From NCBI GenBank assembly GCA_013265495.1, contig MU058423.1, positions 9,285,627 to 9,349,626 on the forward strand: a DNA stretch of 64,000 nucleotides. Reading direction: 5' to 3'. Below are positions 14,405 through 27,649 of the stretch, in pieces. Both the position numbers and the translations under genes were made by a program. Position 1 is the first letter of the stretch. The number at the start of each line of letters is the position of its first letter. Below the pieces are notes generated by a model that did no database searches, was not told where the DNA came from, and saw nothing but the letters and a program-made list of their open reading frames with translations. The DNA comes from Vicugna vicugna. Lineage: Eukaryota.

Positions 14405-14990
14405 ATGTACTGAGTATATACGATGCAATTGGGAACAAAAAAGACCATGATGTCTGCCCTTGCGAAGCTTGAGTTCTAAAGGGGGAAGAAAGCCATTAAA
14501 CAATGGACATGACAAATAAGAGAAAGTAGTATGTTAGGAAGAGATAAATGCTAAGGAACAAAACTCAGCATAGTGTAAGAAAAATAGGGGGAAAGGGTGA
14601 TGGCGAGGAGATGGTAACAACTTTAAATAGGACAGTTATTGAGAACTAGAAGGGCTATACAGAAGTGAGGGACTGTCCACCACTGTCCACGGCCTTCGAG
14701 GGTAAGTGCTGACCAAGTAAAGGAAACCAAGAACAAAAAGGACTGAGGGCGGAAGCACGCCTGGCGGTTCCAGAAATAACAAGAAGCTCAGTATGGCTAG
14801 ACTGGAATAAGATGGGGGAGGAAGAGCAGGATACGAGGAGAGAAAGGTGACAGGGGAGCCATGCACAAGGCATGCAGAGCCTTGCAGGCCACTGTAAGTA
14901 TTCTGGCTTCTTCACTGGCTGAAATGAGCCAGTGCACAGTTCTGAGCAGAGGCATGATGTGACCTAACTTGTGGATTAAAAATAGCATTC
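14405..14990 (-). mobile_element. L2 fragment
   Basis: Antisense L2 motifs, e.g. gagccttgcaggccactgtaag and gagcagaggcatgatgtgacctaactt. Confidence 0.65.
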
Positions 14991-14999
14991 TGAAGATGT

Positions 15000-15770
15000 C
15001 TGCTTCTGGCCACGATGGAGTAACTGGTATTGACTTGCCCTCTGCTGAAAACTGAAAGAACTATATGAGACAACTGTTCTCAGAAATAGGCAGAGAAGGA
15101 CTGCGGCACCTGAGAGGAGGGTGATTTCTCTGAACTTCCTAGCTTTTGGACTAGGGGACCTTTCTGGGCTGTGGCACAGGGAGCAGGAACAGTGAGCTCA
15201 CGGAGTTGAGCCAGGCGTTAGAGCTTGGGGAGGGCGAAGAGACTGCAATGCTCAGGGCAGAGTATGGCAAGAAGGGAGCTATGCAAAGAAAGAGCTCCAG
15301 AAATTTACCTAGGGTCATGCTGAGTCTGCCTGAACACTGAGCTGTATGTGAGCAGGGTTTAACTCCATGTGGCTGGGCAAAGAGTCACCAGTGGGAGCTG
15401 TAAATTGAATAATTCCCAGAGTTCACTCAGGCTTCGGAGACATTACAATTTTTAAGCAGCCAGAGTTAAGAGACCTTGTTGAACACCTGTTGTACTCAAA
15501 AGAGTCATGTCTTAAGTAACAGGGTTAAAGTAGCCTGTACAGTAAAAACTACTGTAAATTAATCCTGTCAAAGTTTAAAAGCAAGCCTCAAAAGGATTAA
15601 GCTGATCCGCAGATAATGTAAATGATGGCTAAAATAAAACTTACCACTCCTTTAAAGCAAGACAACAAAATCCAGAGATAAAGCCAGGTTTTTCACTGTC
15701 AGAGAAAGATGTTACAGATAAGCAAGGGGGACAGCTATGATGAACCCTGATGTGGTGATATGAATCAGAG
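15000..15770 (+). mobile_element. Old L1 5' end fragment (L1M-type)
   Basis: Begins cttctggccacgatggagtaactggta, typical of old L1 5' termini. Confidence 0.5.
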
Positions 15771-17913
15771 ATATGCACTGCTATTTATTTATATATAAAG
15801 AATGTCAGTTTGGTTCAAGGCAAATCCTGAAATAGAGAACACGCAGCTATATTTCAATCATGTCTAAAACTGATCTTCAGCAGAAGTAAATCCCTCACTG
15901 CGATGTTCAACAGATGGTAAATTCCACACCACAATATTAAACACTGGGTAAGATGTTCTTCGTGAACAAAAGATTTTGGTAAAGACATTAACAGAATGCT
16001 GGACCCTTCCAATTTACTCTAATTCAGTTGAACACTTCTGTATTTGCCTAGAGAAATATAAATGCTCTGTTTTGCATACTACAATATGGACAATATGAGG
16101 GGATGGATGCTTTAGGCACTCCTACAAAAAAATTATAATTTAGTGGTAAGTACTGCTAACCATATTCCTGGATTGACCAAAATATGAATATAAATTTATT
16201 CACAGTAAATGGATTTAACAAGCAAGAAACAAATTATTCAAATGGAATTATTAAGTAACTTTGCAAAAACCAAAGGACTCACTTTTACTTCTCACACTAT
16301 GCAGTGAAACTAGTAAGTTCTTTTCCAAGTAGCTACATACACAAATTTTTCTATACAGCCATTTGGCATAAATATACCAAAACTTTTAATAAAGTTTATA
16401 GTTTGACTCAATAATTTCATAAAGATGTTTACTTTCTGAGGAATTAACCAGTGATGTAAATATAGATCATACATAAAGATGTTCATCATAGTTTCATTTA
16501 TTATAATTAAATAAACTCACAATAAACTAAATATCTAATGATTAGGGATGATTAAATTATGGTATTCTATAAGTAGGAATATTATAAAGCCATGATAAAT
16601 CATATTACCAAGAGATATTTAATAACATGATTGCTCTAATTCTGTTTTGTTACATTTTAGGCATCTATATACATCGTTTGAAATCCTTTCTGGAAAAAAA
16701 TATGGCTGAAATGTGGCAGTAAACAGGGAGATGGAATTCACACACCATCATACTATAAGCTGGTATCAAAACTGTTTAGATAGTGTAAACCCAATTTTGC
16801 TTTGAAACAAAAAAGCATAGAAAAAAGACTTTTTTATACTTTTCTATAATTTTATAATTGGGGAACATCATTTTTATATGAGATATAATTATGAGGAGAC
16901 AGATTGAGAAGTAATTGTCCAAAGAATTAAAATATGAAGTTTTAATACACAGTGACTGTGAGAACTATGAATATCTGCATCTTTGCAAGAATGATTAAAT
17001 TTATTACAAAAGTAATGGTGTCATTTTGAGCAGCACAAATGTTAGAGATTAGCTGTCTTAGCGTTGTTAAACAACCTGTCCCATGTTCAGCTTATACAAA
17101 TATTGTTTTTATAATTACACAAGGATTCAGAGAACTTGTAGTACAAAGGTTAAAACTCAACCCCAAACCTCTAAAACAGTATTTGGATCAATGGTCTACC
17201 TTCAGAAAAAAAAATGACAAATATTCTCCAAATATGAACATTTATTTAGTCATATAATATACATGTATAATGAGTTAATAGATTACGTAAATTATAAAAC
17301 ACAAAAAAAGGATAAGGTATAAATAAACAATATTTTAGACAACTAGTTTCATTTATTAATTAATGGAAAAAATCTTTTAGCTCTCACTAAAAATTAGTAT
17401 TAGTAGTGTCTCTCAGTGAAAATAATGTGATCAAATAAATTTTTTCATTAATTTAAAAAGTCCTGGTTTAATATTTTGTGATAAAGTAATTTAAAGATTC
17501 CAAGTCCTGTTTATTTTGGTACTTGACTTAATGGCCTCAGATTCGAAAAAAGTACCACACAAAGATACCCAGATCCTAATGAATAAAGTTCTTGGTAGCC
17601 ATGTTTTCTAATCCACATCTTTTCAATTCCATTCACCAATTATGTAAATATTTTTGTTGAAACGTATTAGTAAATATATATATTTTTCCTGAAACACATC
17701 AACGTTTTTATAACATTAGCTAATCAGATGTCCCATTTTATATATTCAAAGGATGATTTGAAAACCAATTGAAATCCTTTATTTAGTAGATTTTAAACAG
17801 ATCAGAAAACTTTGCTATCAAATTTAAAAGTGAGCAGATAAACATTTATATGGGTAAAATCATAAGATAGAAGTATTACTAAAAATACATATTCAAAATA
17901 CTCTCCCTATAGC

Positions 17914-18107
17914 AAGGGCTAGCAAACTATATCCTCTTTCTATAAATAAAGTTTTATTGGAATACTTGCCACATCATTTATGTATTGTCTATGGTTGCTC
18001 TCATGGTACAATGGCAGAGTTGAGAAGCTGCAACAGAAAGCACATGGCCTGCAAAGCTGGAAATATTCGCTATCTGAATGCTTACAGGAAAAAATGTGCT
18101 GAACTGT
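17914..18107. mobile_element. MER58A-like hAT-Charlie MITE
   Basis: aaataaagttttattggaatac...gtattgtctatggttgct...acaatggcagagttgagaagctgcaacaga. Confidence 0.75.
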
Positions 18108-18595
18108 GCTTTGTAGCATTAATTTCCACCAAAAAGCAGTTAGCTTTCTCATTCATGTTTACCTCAGAGTTAGACTGTGTTTATTTTATCTGAGAATGTT
18201 CTCTAGTACCATACTATAGAAAGCTATGTGTCATTCCTGAAAAGGACAAACCTCAAATAGCAAATTTCAAACACTTTCCAACTCATCTTTAAGTTTGACA
18301 ACCTCTTGAGGTAAAAGAGGCATTTATGGTTATAGTACCTCTCGGTACAAAAAATTGTAAAGATTCTACTATTTAAGATAACATAACTTGTGTATCTACT
18401 TAACCTGGATTAGGTAAAAGTGACTCATGGCAACATAATGCAAGGAAACCAGTGATGGTGTGACCATCAACCTCTTCCAGACCTACAATCTCTGCTCTTT
18501 TCTCAGAACATATCTTTTTTTGTTTATAACACATCTGACATACAAACTGAGAGCATCAATATCAGTTCATATATTAGCAACAGTTAATTACTTTT

Positions 18596-18757
18596 TTTTA
18601 ATGTATATTTTCTCTGTTCTTATGTTCCACTTTCTTTTTTGGGGGAGGAGGTAATTTATTTTATTTATTTATTTTTAGAGGTGGTACCAGGGATTGAACC
18701 CATGACCTCATGCATGCTAAGCATGTGCTCTATCACTTGAGCTATACCCTGGCCCCC
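18596..18757 (-). mobile_element. tRNA-derived SINE, Vic-1-like
   Basis: Reverse complement of the 1061 element; perfect 15-bp TSD cagttaattactttt (18581-18595, 18758-18772). Confidence 0.9.
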
Positions 18758-21700
18758 CAGTTAATTACTTTTAAAAATAAAAAATAGGTAGATAGAAAGA
18801 AAGAGAGAAAAGAAAAATAAATCCTCTGTTTTCTTTCTATATCCCAAAAGATAGATCAGTGCCAACCCCCAAGGGTATATATAGCCACTCCGTAGACCTC
18901 TAATCCATATCCCTGAAATGAAATCTTTCTATACAGTAAATGAAACATAAGAATACCTAGAGCCTGTCAGATTCCATAATTAATTGCTCAGTTTGCTAAA
19001 ATTAGCTCAGCACAGCAGTACATGGTGTGGCTATCTTATTCCTCATCCACTAGGAATACTTTGCTTAGATTAGCCATATCCCTTTTGTAGGCAGTTAGCA
19101 AGATTACTGATTAAACTGTTACTGTACACTAAGTTTTTCAATCTTGTTCATTCCACTCAGCTTACACAAACTCAACTCCTAATCAAGGAACCATCATAAA
19201 TGTTTTCTTTAAAAAAATTTTAAGTTTGATCAGCCTATATAAAAGATGGAAGAATTTCAGGTTTGGGAAATAATGATTTTACTCATTATTCTGCCACTAG
19301 ATGAGATAGGAAATACAGGGTAAGGCTATGATTTGGCAAGAAAAGATAATTATTTGGTCTTGTACTTGTTAAATTAGAAGAGTCTATACAGATATTAGCC
19401 TTGAAAATGATGAGGAACCTTTCCTTAGGGCAAAGGGAAAAGGAAAAATGAAGAAGGGCTTGGTGACCGATTAAATATGAAAAAATAAAAAATTGCCACA
19501 GCTTTTCTTCACATCTAATTGGTCACCAAGTCCTTATGAATTTTAAAATGGCTCATACTCTGTCCCCTCTTTTTTCAACCCTCATGTAGTTTAAACCAGA
19601 CATGTTTTTAAAAATAGACTTCTCTATCATTTCTTGTCTCCAATGTCCCTTTTCTTCATCTCTCATGGTACAATTATATTCTAAAATAATACAATCACAT
19701 CATTACTGCACACAAAAAAATTGGACGTGTTCCCATTTATATCATATGGATGAATTTACTGGCTTTAACTAGAGTTACAGAGTCAACCATACCATTCCTA
19801 TTCTATAAACCTTGCATAGTACCCTCTTCAAATAGCTTGGCTGACTTTACACTTTTTGGCAGCTTTAACCTGCATTTAAGTAATCAATCAGCAAAGGTTT
19901 ACTAGCTGTCATACACTGCACTAGATTTGTAATACTGTTCCTATCCTCACAGAGCTTAAACTCTAGCTGGACACTGTAAGACTAGCAAGTTTTTAGACAT
20001 TGCTACACTGTTCAGCGCTTAACTGTTCTGTGTCCCCTGTGTAATCAGAAATCAAAGGCAGGAGATAGTAAAAATGTAAGGAAAGGTTTCATGGGGGAGG
20101 TAGAATTTCAGCTGAAAACTAACAGGGCGGCAACACATAAAATGACAGTAAAGGGATTTAGTAGATATAGAGGAATCTGACAGGTATGGAGGTGTAAGAA
20201 CAGGAATGAGAAAAGCCACTGGGGAGGGAATTAACAAGGGAACTGTAAAGACACAGGACACTAGTAATGAGGAACAACGCGATGCAATCTTGGCTAGGGA
20301 AGGTGGATTCTGTTATAGAATGTCCTGGAAGCCAGGCAGAGGTGCTTAAATTTGACCTTATAAATACCAGTTAATAAAAAGAGAAGAGATGGCATAAGAA
20401 GATTCTTTTAGCATCCACATTCAGGCATATAAGAAACAGATAGGTAAAAAGAGACATTTGAAAAGAAATTATAGGGCTTACAGAGAGATTGCAGTTAAAG
20501 AGAAAAAATCGTCAAAGAAACTATGAAAATGGAGACATCACTAAAGTAAACAGGGAAGCTGAGAAATAAAGAAGGTTTGAGAATTTTGAGGAGATGATTT
20601 TGGACATGTTAGATTTAAGCAAATCCAAGTGGAGCTATCTATGAGGCCAAGAATCCAGGGTGAGAATTGATAGGTATAGCGATCTAGCAATGCCTTTTAT
20701 CTATTTAGAGCTTTAAAGCCATATATTATTAATTGAGAGCCTCAAAACTCAGGAAAGTAGAAAAGCAGAAATTAATACCTTCATATCACAAATAAATTGG
20801 TATTTTGAATTAATGTGCCTTGCCCAAAGTCAAACCATTCATTAGTAGCAGAGCCAGGAAAATTCTAGTTCCCTACTCTTGCCATTATACTTGCTGGCTC
20901 CCAAAAAGCAAGCAAAGCTCAGGCTTTTCTGTTCTCTCAGGAGAACAGAAAAAGAAAGGATTCCTTGCAGATACACACAATTAAGTATGCAAAAGGAAGA
21001 GAGTTCAGCATAAGACACCACTAAGTTGACAGGTGTACTCAAGAGGGCAGGAACAAAATCAAAACCAGAAAAGTGCAGAGTCAGGAAAGACAAAAATGGA
21101 GTAAGTGCTCAGTGATCTTAAATGCTGAAGTTGGAAGAAGATGAAGATTTGGCATGGAAGAAAAACATTTGATGGTTGACATTTTTGGGGAAGATTTAGC
21201 TTTTGAGAAATTTACTGGAAAAAATTTCTTCAAAATGTTAACTAGCATCAGTGCTCATTTGGTACACTAATAAAAGGGCTTGCATTTTATTTTTCATACA
21301 TTAAACTTCTTCACAAGTTATATTAACATAAATAACTGTGAAATGCTTTTCAATGTTGAAAAATGATAAAGTCTAAGAAAATAAAGCATCTATTTGATTA
21401 GTCTTACAGAAATATAATCTGATCTTTTAAATCACAGCTCAAATGTATTTCAACATAACCTAATCAGTTATTTCACCTTTTATTCAGCAAAAAAATACTT
21501 TCAGCTTTTACCTTCTCCATAGTTGAGAGGCTTTTCACAAACACAAATAATAGTTTACTTTTTGCTGTGATCTATTTTACTAATTTAAATGTCTAGTAAA
21601 GGAAAAGAGTGAGAGCTATAAAAAAGCAAAACTACAGATATAGCCAAAGTGAAACTACATATGAAGCTATTTGCCAAGTTTTCATAATAAATGATAATAT

Positions 21701-21984
21701 AAATAGAATGGTCAATCTTCTGATAACATATGAAACTTCTGTCTTAAGTGGAAGTTAGCATGCAAAGAAAAGTGAACTATTTTATCTTCATTCTAGAATG
21801 ACAGATACAAATAAAACATTTTCAGATAAAATTCACTTTCGTTAGTGATTTAGAACACAGCACCGTCTTTGAACAAATTAGTTTTAGAAAGGTCCTTGGC
21901 AATTATATCTAAAAGTTTTAAAAGTTTTAATACGACAATGAATTAAAATTTTTAAAGTCACAGAGCTAATAAAATGACTTGCTA

Positions 21985-22107
<123 letters not shown>

Positions 22108-22182
22108 TTATAAGAACTCCGAAATCGAATGTGTCCGCCCTATGAAACAAAAAGGAATTAAGATAATGAAAATAACGATTAC

Positions 22183-22235
22183 CTTAAATTCTATAAGGCT
22201 GACAGCCGCACTTACATGTTCTAAATGTTTTAACC
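22183..22235 (-). other. AGL: Candidate alternative 5' UTR mini-exon of AGL (20 nt or 53 nt depending on donor)
   Basis: Strong acceptor tcattctttctctttgttctgccag| before 22235; two donors, AACAT|gtaagt (exon end 22216) and TTTAAG|gtaatc (exon end 22183). Human AGL is known to have alternative 5' untranslated exons. Confidence 0.5.
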
Positions 22236-22639
22236 CTGGCAGAACAAAGAGAAAGAATGACTCTTATAAATAAGATCAGAAGAAGCAAACTGATAATTGT
22301 TTCCTCCCTTCTAGCAGAAGACCGACGCAAAAATTACAATTAGAAAAAAAAAATAACCACTTAAGTATTTTCAGAGAAAAGCTATAGGTTTTGGAAAGCC
22401 TTGAGTTGGGTGGGGGTGGGGGGTGAAATTCCCAGTCCCAAGCCAAACGGCTTTGAAGACTTCAAATGGCACTTCTGCTTACAAGAGATTAGCCTGCTCA
22501 ACGATAACAGGTGGGCGATCTCCCCATTCCCAAATTCGGGTCGGGAGCCACCAATGGGGAGATGAGAACGAGGGAAGCAGTTGTTGCCCCTGGAATAGCT
22601 GCCACGGACATAGGATGTACAGGCAGAGCTATAGATAGA

Positions 22640-23300
22640 ACGCATTTCCCCGAGAGGCCAGCGGCATTCGTAGCACTTACACCGAGCAAGTTACACGTGC
22701 GGCTTCTGGGACACTGCAGGACCTGCGACTCTGGCGTTAAGAGTCGGGGGAGGAGACGGGAAGGAGCGCTCAAGGGAAAAGGCAGGCTGCCCAGGCGCGG
22801 CAAGAAGCCCCAGACAAGGAGGGCCGGGCGCCCTGAAGGGCAAAGGGAGGGGCAGCGGCAGCCGGGGCAGGGCCGAGGCCGCTGTGGGAGTGGCAGAGAG
22901 CTTCTTCGCGACTTCGCCTCGCGCGGGTCCCCGAGGAGACCCTGGACCCACGGGGTCTCGCGAGCACACGCCCCGGGTGGGAGCTGACAGGTCCCCGCGC
23001 CCACTTCCGGGAGGCTCCGCGCCCGCTCGCGCCGACCGCTAGTCTCGCGAGAGTGCGGTCGTCGGCTGCGCGGGCTTGCGACGCGGCGGCGGCGGTCCAG
23101 GCCGGGAGCGGCTTTTTTCTCGCCGCCTGGAAGGTGCGACGGCCACGAGGTGCCTTTTCTTTTAACAGCCTGCGAGCTCGTGGTTGAACGTTAAAATTCG
23201 GCAGCAGAAGGTTGCTGCGAGCCAAGGTGAACTGCCCTACAGGCTTGTTTTGTGGGCCGGCTGAATGGTGGGAGGCTAGCGATCCCGGCCTTCTGGGCTT
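22640..23300. promoter_or_regulatory. AGL: CpG island / AGL promoter (boundaries approximate)
   Basis: Abrupt GC- and CpG-rich block in AT-rich, CpG-depleted DNA, 0.6-1.2 kb upstream of the AGL ATG. Contains ETS motif CCGGAAGTG (minus, 23002-23010) and palindrome TCTCGCGAGA (23043-23052). Confidence 0.9.
22681..23010 (-). other. AGL: AGL non-coding exon 1 (5' UTR); 3' boundary exact, TSS only estimated
   Basis: Consensus donor CTCGGT|GTAAGTG at 22681/22680 at the downstream edge of the CpG island; no minus-strand ATG in 22681-23010. Confidence 0.7.
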
Positions 23301-23929
23301 TTTCTGCCACGTTGTGTTTTGTGTCTTTGTTTTGACTTTTTTACGTGGCCTAGGTTTGCTTGGCCTAACTGCTCTGAGCCTTGACACCCCCCCCACCCCC
23401 CGTCTAAAATAAGGGGCCTGGCCGCGGTTTCTGACATCCTGTCCTTGACGTGTCCACCGGCTGTAGTCCTAGCACAGGGCGGGCACGTCTTCCTGAACAC
23501 AGACACGGAAGGACTAGGTAGGTGAAGTGTGGCCAGTCTACGAACAACCTCGGGGCAAACACCCTTGTGTTTACAGTGTCCGGTTGTACCCAGTGTACAC
23601 CACGTAGGCCTGAAGATCGTGTGAGGTTAAGAATGCCTAATGGCTTTAGCTGCACATATGGCACGGATGCCCAAGGGGATTTTACGCTTGATGGGAAGGG
23701 AAAGCCCATCTTCCAGGGCCTTTGGAGGGTATCTAAGAATCATGAGAAAACGGACAGAAGGTTTGGAGTGTGGAGAAGAATCTTGCTTTGTTTATTGTGG
23801 AATTATCATAGGTCCTAGAAGAATGATGAATTTAAAAATAAAGATATTGAAATGTTTGCTTGTTTCAGTAGATTTGTGGGAATGGCTAGTTGAACATGGT
23901 CTAAAACTGAGTTTGGAAACCCACAGCTC

Positions 23930-24720
23930 CTTTATTCACTCCACCAGTATTTACTGAGCACCTATGACTTGCCAGGCACATAGGTGCTGGGAATGCAGCA
24001 GTGAAACAAAGTCACTGCCCTCAGTGATTGGTGGGAGACAGATAAGCAACTAAGTAAATCATGTAGGATAATTAAAGGTTGTAAGAAATAAAGCTAAGAA
24101 GCGGGGAGTGTGGCAGAATCAGAAGGGGTTTGCAATTTTAAATACTATAATTGGTAAAAGACTTGGTGGTAAGTTGACATTTGATGCAAAACAGAAGGGG
24201 GCAGAGGATATCCAGAGGAGAGGGTTGTACACAGAGGTACAGGAAGTGCAAAGGCCACAAGGTAGGAGCACACTTGGTGAATTCAAGGAGGCCACTGTAG
24301 CTGAGTGAAGAAGAGAGTAGTAAGAAACTAGGACAGATAGATGGAGTGGGGTGGGAGGCCAGATCTTGAAAGGCTTGTACGCCATTACAAAGACTTGGGC
24401 TTTTGCTCTGGGAAAAAGAGCCATTGGATAATCTTGAACAAAGGAGTGACGTAATCCTGTTGACCTTTTAAAACGATCTCTCTGCAAATGTGAATATTAC
24501 AGGGAATAGCTAAATAAACTGTCAGGTGTGGTAAGGAAGGGTGGAGACCTGTTAAGAAGCTATTTTAGTTACCCAAGCAAGAGATTGTGGTGTGTGTGAA
24601 AAGAATGTATAGCAGTGAAGGTGCTGAGAAATTGTTGAATTATGAATCATTTTAATGGTAAAAGCACCATTTACTGATGGAGAGAAAGGAGTCAAGGATG
24701 ATTCAGAGGTTTTTAGTCTG
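23930..24720 (-). mobile_element. L2 fragment
   Basis: tattcactccaccagtatttactgagcacctatgacttgccaggcac (antisense L2 3' end) and downstream L2 motifs. Confidence 0.7.
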
Positions 24721-24725
24721 AACAT

Positions 24726-25038
24726 CACTGTCCAACAGAAATATAATATGCCACATAGATAGTTAAAATTCTAATAGCCACATCACAAAAGTAAAAAGAA
24801 ACAAGTGAAATTAATTGTAATAATTTATTTTATTTAAGTCAGTGTATTTTAAACATTATTTCAACTTGCAATCAATATAAAAAGTTACTGATGAGCTATT
24901 TTAGATTTTTATTTTTCTTACTAAGTCTTCAAAATCTGGTGTATATTTTACACTTCCAGCATGTTTCACTTCTGATAGTGACATTTCAAGGGCTTGATAG
25001 CCTCATGTGGCTGGTGGCTACCAGTGTGGGCAGTGCAG
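24726..25038. mobile_element. MER33-like hAT-Charlie MITE
   Basis: Inverted termini cactgtccaac... / ...gtgggcagtg, tagccacat / atgtggctggtggctacc motifs, AT-rich body of ~310 bp. Confidence 0.75.
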
Positions 25039-25479
25039 AAGGAGCTGCTGTTTAATGAGAGGAAGAAAAGGGAAGGAGTAAGATTGGAGGGTGAAATTCA
25101 GGTGTTTGTAGACTGTCAACAAACAAGTAAAGATGATGGTCTACTTGCTTGAGATGACTGTCAAACATCTAAGTGGAGTTACTGCATTATCATTTGTAGT
25201 CCTTGTAGTCCAAAGTCGTGTTTTCCAAATTGTGAGTGGTAACTCATTAAGGGTTGTAAAATCAATTTATTGGTTGCAACCAACAGTTTTAAAAATGAAA
25301 TAAGAATGATAATGCATTGCATCCGGTAAAAGTATTATTTCACAAAACTTCTGTTTATATTACTTATGTTTTGATGTACTGGGTCATGTTTTCCTCCTGG
25401 GAGTCTTGATTAAAAACAAGGTTGAGAGCCAATGCTCTAGACTGTATGCTGTGTAAAATCATAATAATTCATGATTGTG

Positions 25480-25670
25480 AAATGGTGCCTGGTTTTGAAT
25501 CCCAGCTCTGCCACTAACTGGCTGTGAATCTTTGGAAGATACTCAACTTCTCTGTGCTTTGGTTTTTCCACTGTAAAATAGGGATAAAAATAGTAGCTAC
25601 TATTAATTAAACAAGGACCTAAGAACCGTGCCTGACACATACTAAGTACTGTGTAAGTACAAATATTAAA
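25480..25670 (+). mobile_element. MIR SINE
   Basis: ttgaatcccagctctgccactaactggctgtga...tcaacttctctgtgctttggtttttccactgtaaaataggg core. Further MIR pieces near 28.8, 35.9, 40.8, 61.9 and 63.1 kb. Confidence 0.8.
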
Positions 25671-27649
25671 GCGGAGTGGGGCCCTGACCCTGTTGTGAAA
25701 CACAATTCACATTTGTTTGTCTTCAGTGTCTCCTTTCCGTACCCTCTTCCACCTTCAGGCTCTCCATCTCATCACACTGCCCACCTATTGATCACCCTTC
25801 TCCAGGGATCCAAAATTAGCCTTTCCTGCTATCCCGCCTCCAGCAAGACACTCACTTCAGTGCCCAATGTTTCAGCCAGATATAAGAAGTAAAACAGATT
25901 GATGAAGTGAATTCCTTTAATAATGAATTCTTCTTACACAAATGCTTAAATTTTAAAAGGAGATTTGTTAATCCAAACGACCTTAATTTGGGAGATTTCA
26001 TATTGCGAAAGAAAGTGGAGAGTGTTAAGTAATGAGAACATTATGAATTAACATGATGTGTCTCTAAAGTTAAATTTACAAGCCACATAGTTTCCGTTTT
26101 AAAAAGAAAAGTCACACCAGCATGCTGTTTGTGAAGTGCCCGGAAGGGCAATGAATTTGCAGGCTAGGGCAATGGTGGTGCCATGTGCAGCCTTCATTTT
26201 GGTGAACATTTGTCATGTGCCTGTCCTGTGCATGACAGCGATCTATATATACACAATAATCTCATGCTAGAGTTGTTAGGAGAAGACTCCCCTTGAGGAA
26301 CAACTGATGGAACATCTCAGCTGTTTGGCAGAGACTCAGGTGTTTTCTGAAACGTTGATATTAATGCGCTTGGGGAGTGGGAGAAAGGCTGTGGTCAGAA
26401 AGGGCTTTCTTCAGATTTGTGTATGTATGGGTATGTTTTCTGAAAGGAAAGGGATTTTTCTGAGGGTGGTATTTCTGATTACGTCCCAGTTTTGTGATCT
26501 GGGTCTGAAGTGGTGGGGCTGCCTTATTTTGTTTATATATTCATCAATATTTTCTGTGTATTTTATTTTGTAGTGATACTATACTGACATTATTAATAGT
26601 TTTATCTTACAACATTTGGATTTGTGTTTCCAAAATTTCCTCTAAGTTGAATAATTTATTCTACATATTTTGAAATATCCAGCTATAGCCAGTGAAGAGA
26701 AGAAGGGAAGATAGGAAAGGAAATAGAGTTGAAGTCAGAAAAGTGAGAGGACCTAATATAGTGATAGAGAGGTGTGGAAAAACAGAGACTTTTCAAAAAG
26801 GAGGCAGTACATCTCCTTTGGAGACAAACAAACCTTGGGTTAGTTTCAATGTCTCTGAATCACAGTTAACTCATCCATAAAATGGAGAGAACAACACCTT
26901 AGTTGTGGGATCAGTGTGAAGATTAGGGGAAATAATGAAGCATTTAAAGTGTCCTTATAGCATTTAGCACAAATTAGGCTTTTCATAATGCTAGCCTTAA
27001 AAAAGAAGGGGTGACGACTAGTTGTCTTTGCTGGGTCAAAGATGGCAGTCAGACGAAGTAGATGAAGAGGAGGCTTCCAGGGCATGGGAGAGACACAAGA
27101 CGTCATCAACAGGTCTCTTACTCCATGAAGACAGAATATAAAGGTGAATTCAGAGAGTGAAGTCAGAGCTCAAGTTTTCAATCTAAATTGCAGAAAACAG
27201 AGGAAGGGTGGAGCTGGAGAAATAAGTAAGGGTTAATTGGTGAATGATAAATACTGGTTGGAAAATTTGAGATGTATCTGTATAGAGGTAAGTATAGTTA
27301 TATTTCTAGTGAAACAAAAAACAAATCTTGAGCTCTTAGAGCTTACATAGGAAAAGTCATTTAAAAATTCCTGAGCATTGGTATAACAAATTAACCAAAA
27401 ACAATGCATGGGATGCCTGGAAACCATGATAGGAGGAAATTCAAGAAGGTATTAATAGTGTTCTTTTCTTTTTTTCTTAGATCTTTTAAAAGTTCTTTGG
27501 CCTCAAATTTAAAGCTCAGTCATTTTACCCTTGTGAGTAAATTGAACTTCCTGTTAAAATAGTGGCTCCAGAGTTTCCATATAGAAGGGCTTAGAGCAGG
27601 CAGCCTGGTTGAGGAGAAAGGATCAGGAATAGGGGCTTGAAGCTAATTT

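Noticed and set aside
22408..22423. G-rich run GGGTGGGGGTGGGGGG as a G-quadruplex
   Set aside because: Only three separated G runs; does not meet the canonical four-tract pattern.
22498..23396. Long ORFs of 158-208 aa over the CpG island
   Set aside because: Overlapping on both strands, rich in Pro/Arg/Gly/Ala, mostly non-ATG starts; expected from stop-codon depletion in GC-rich DNA.
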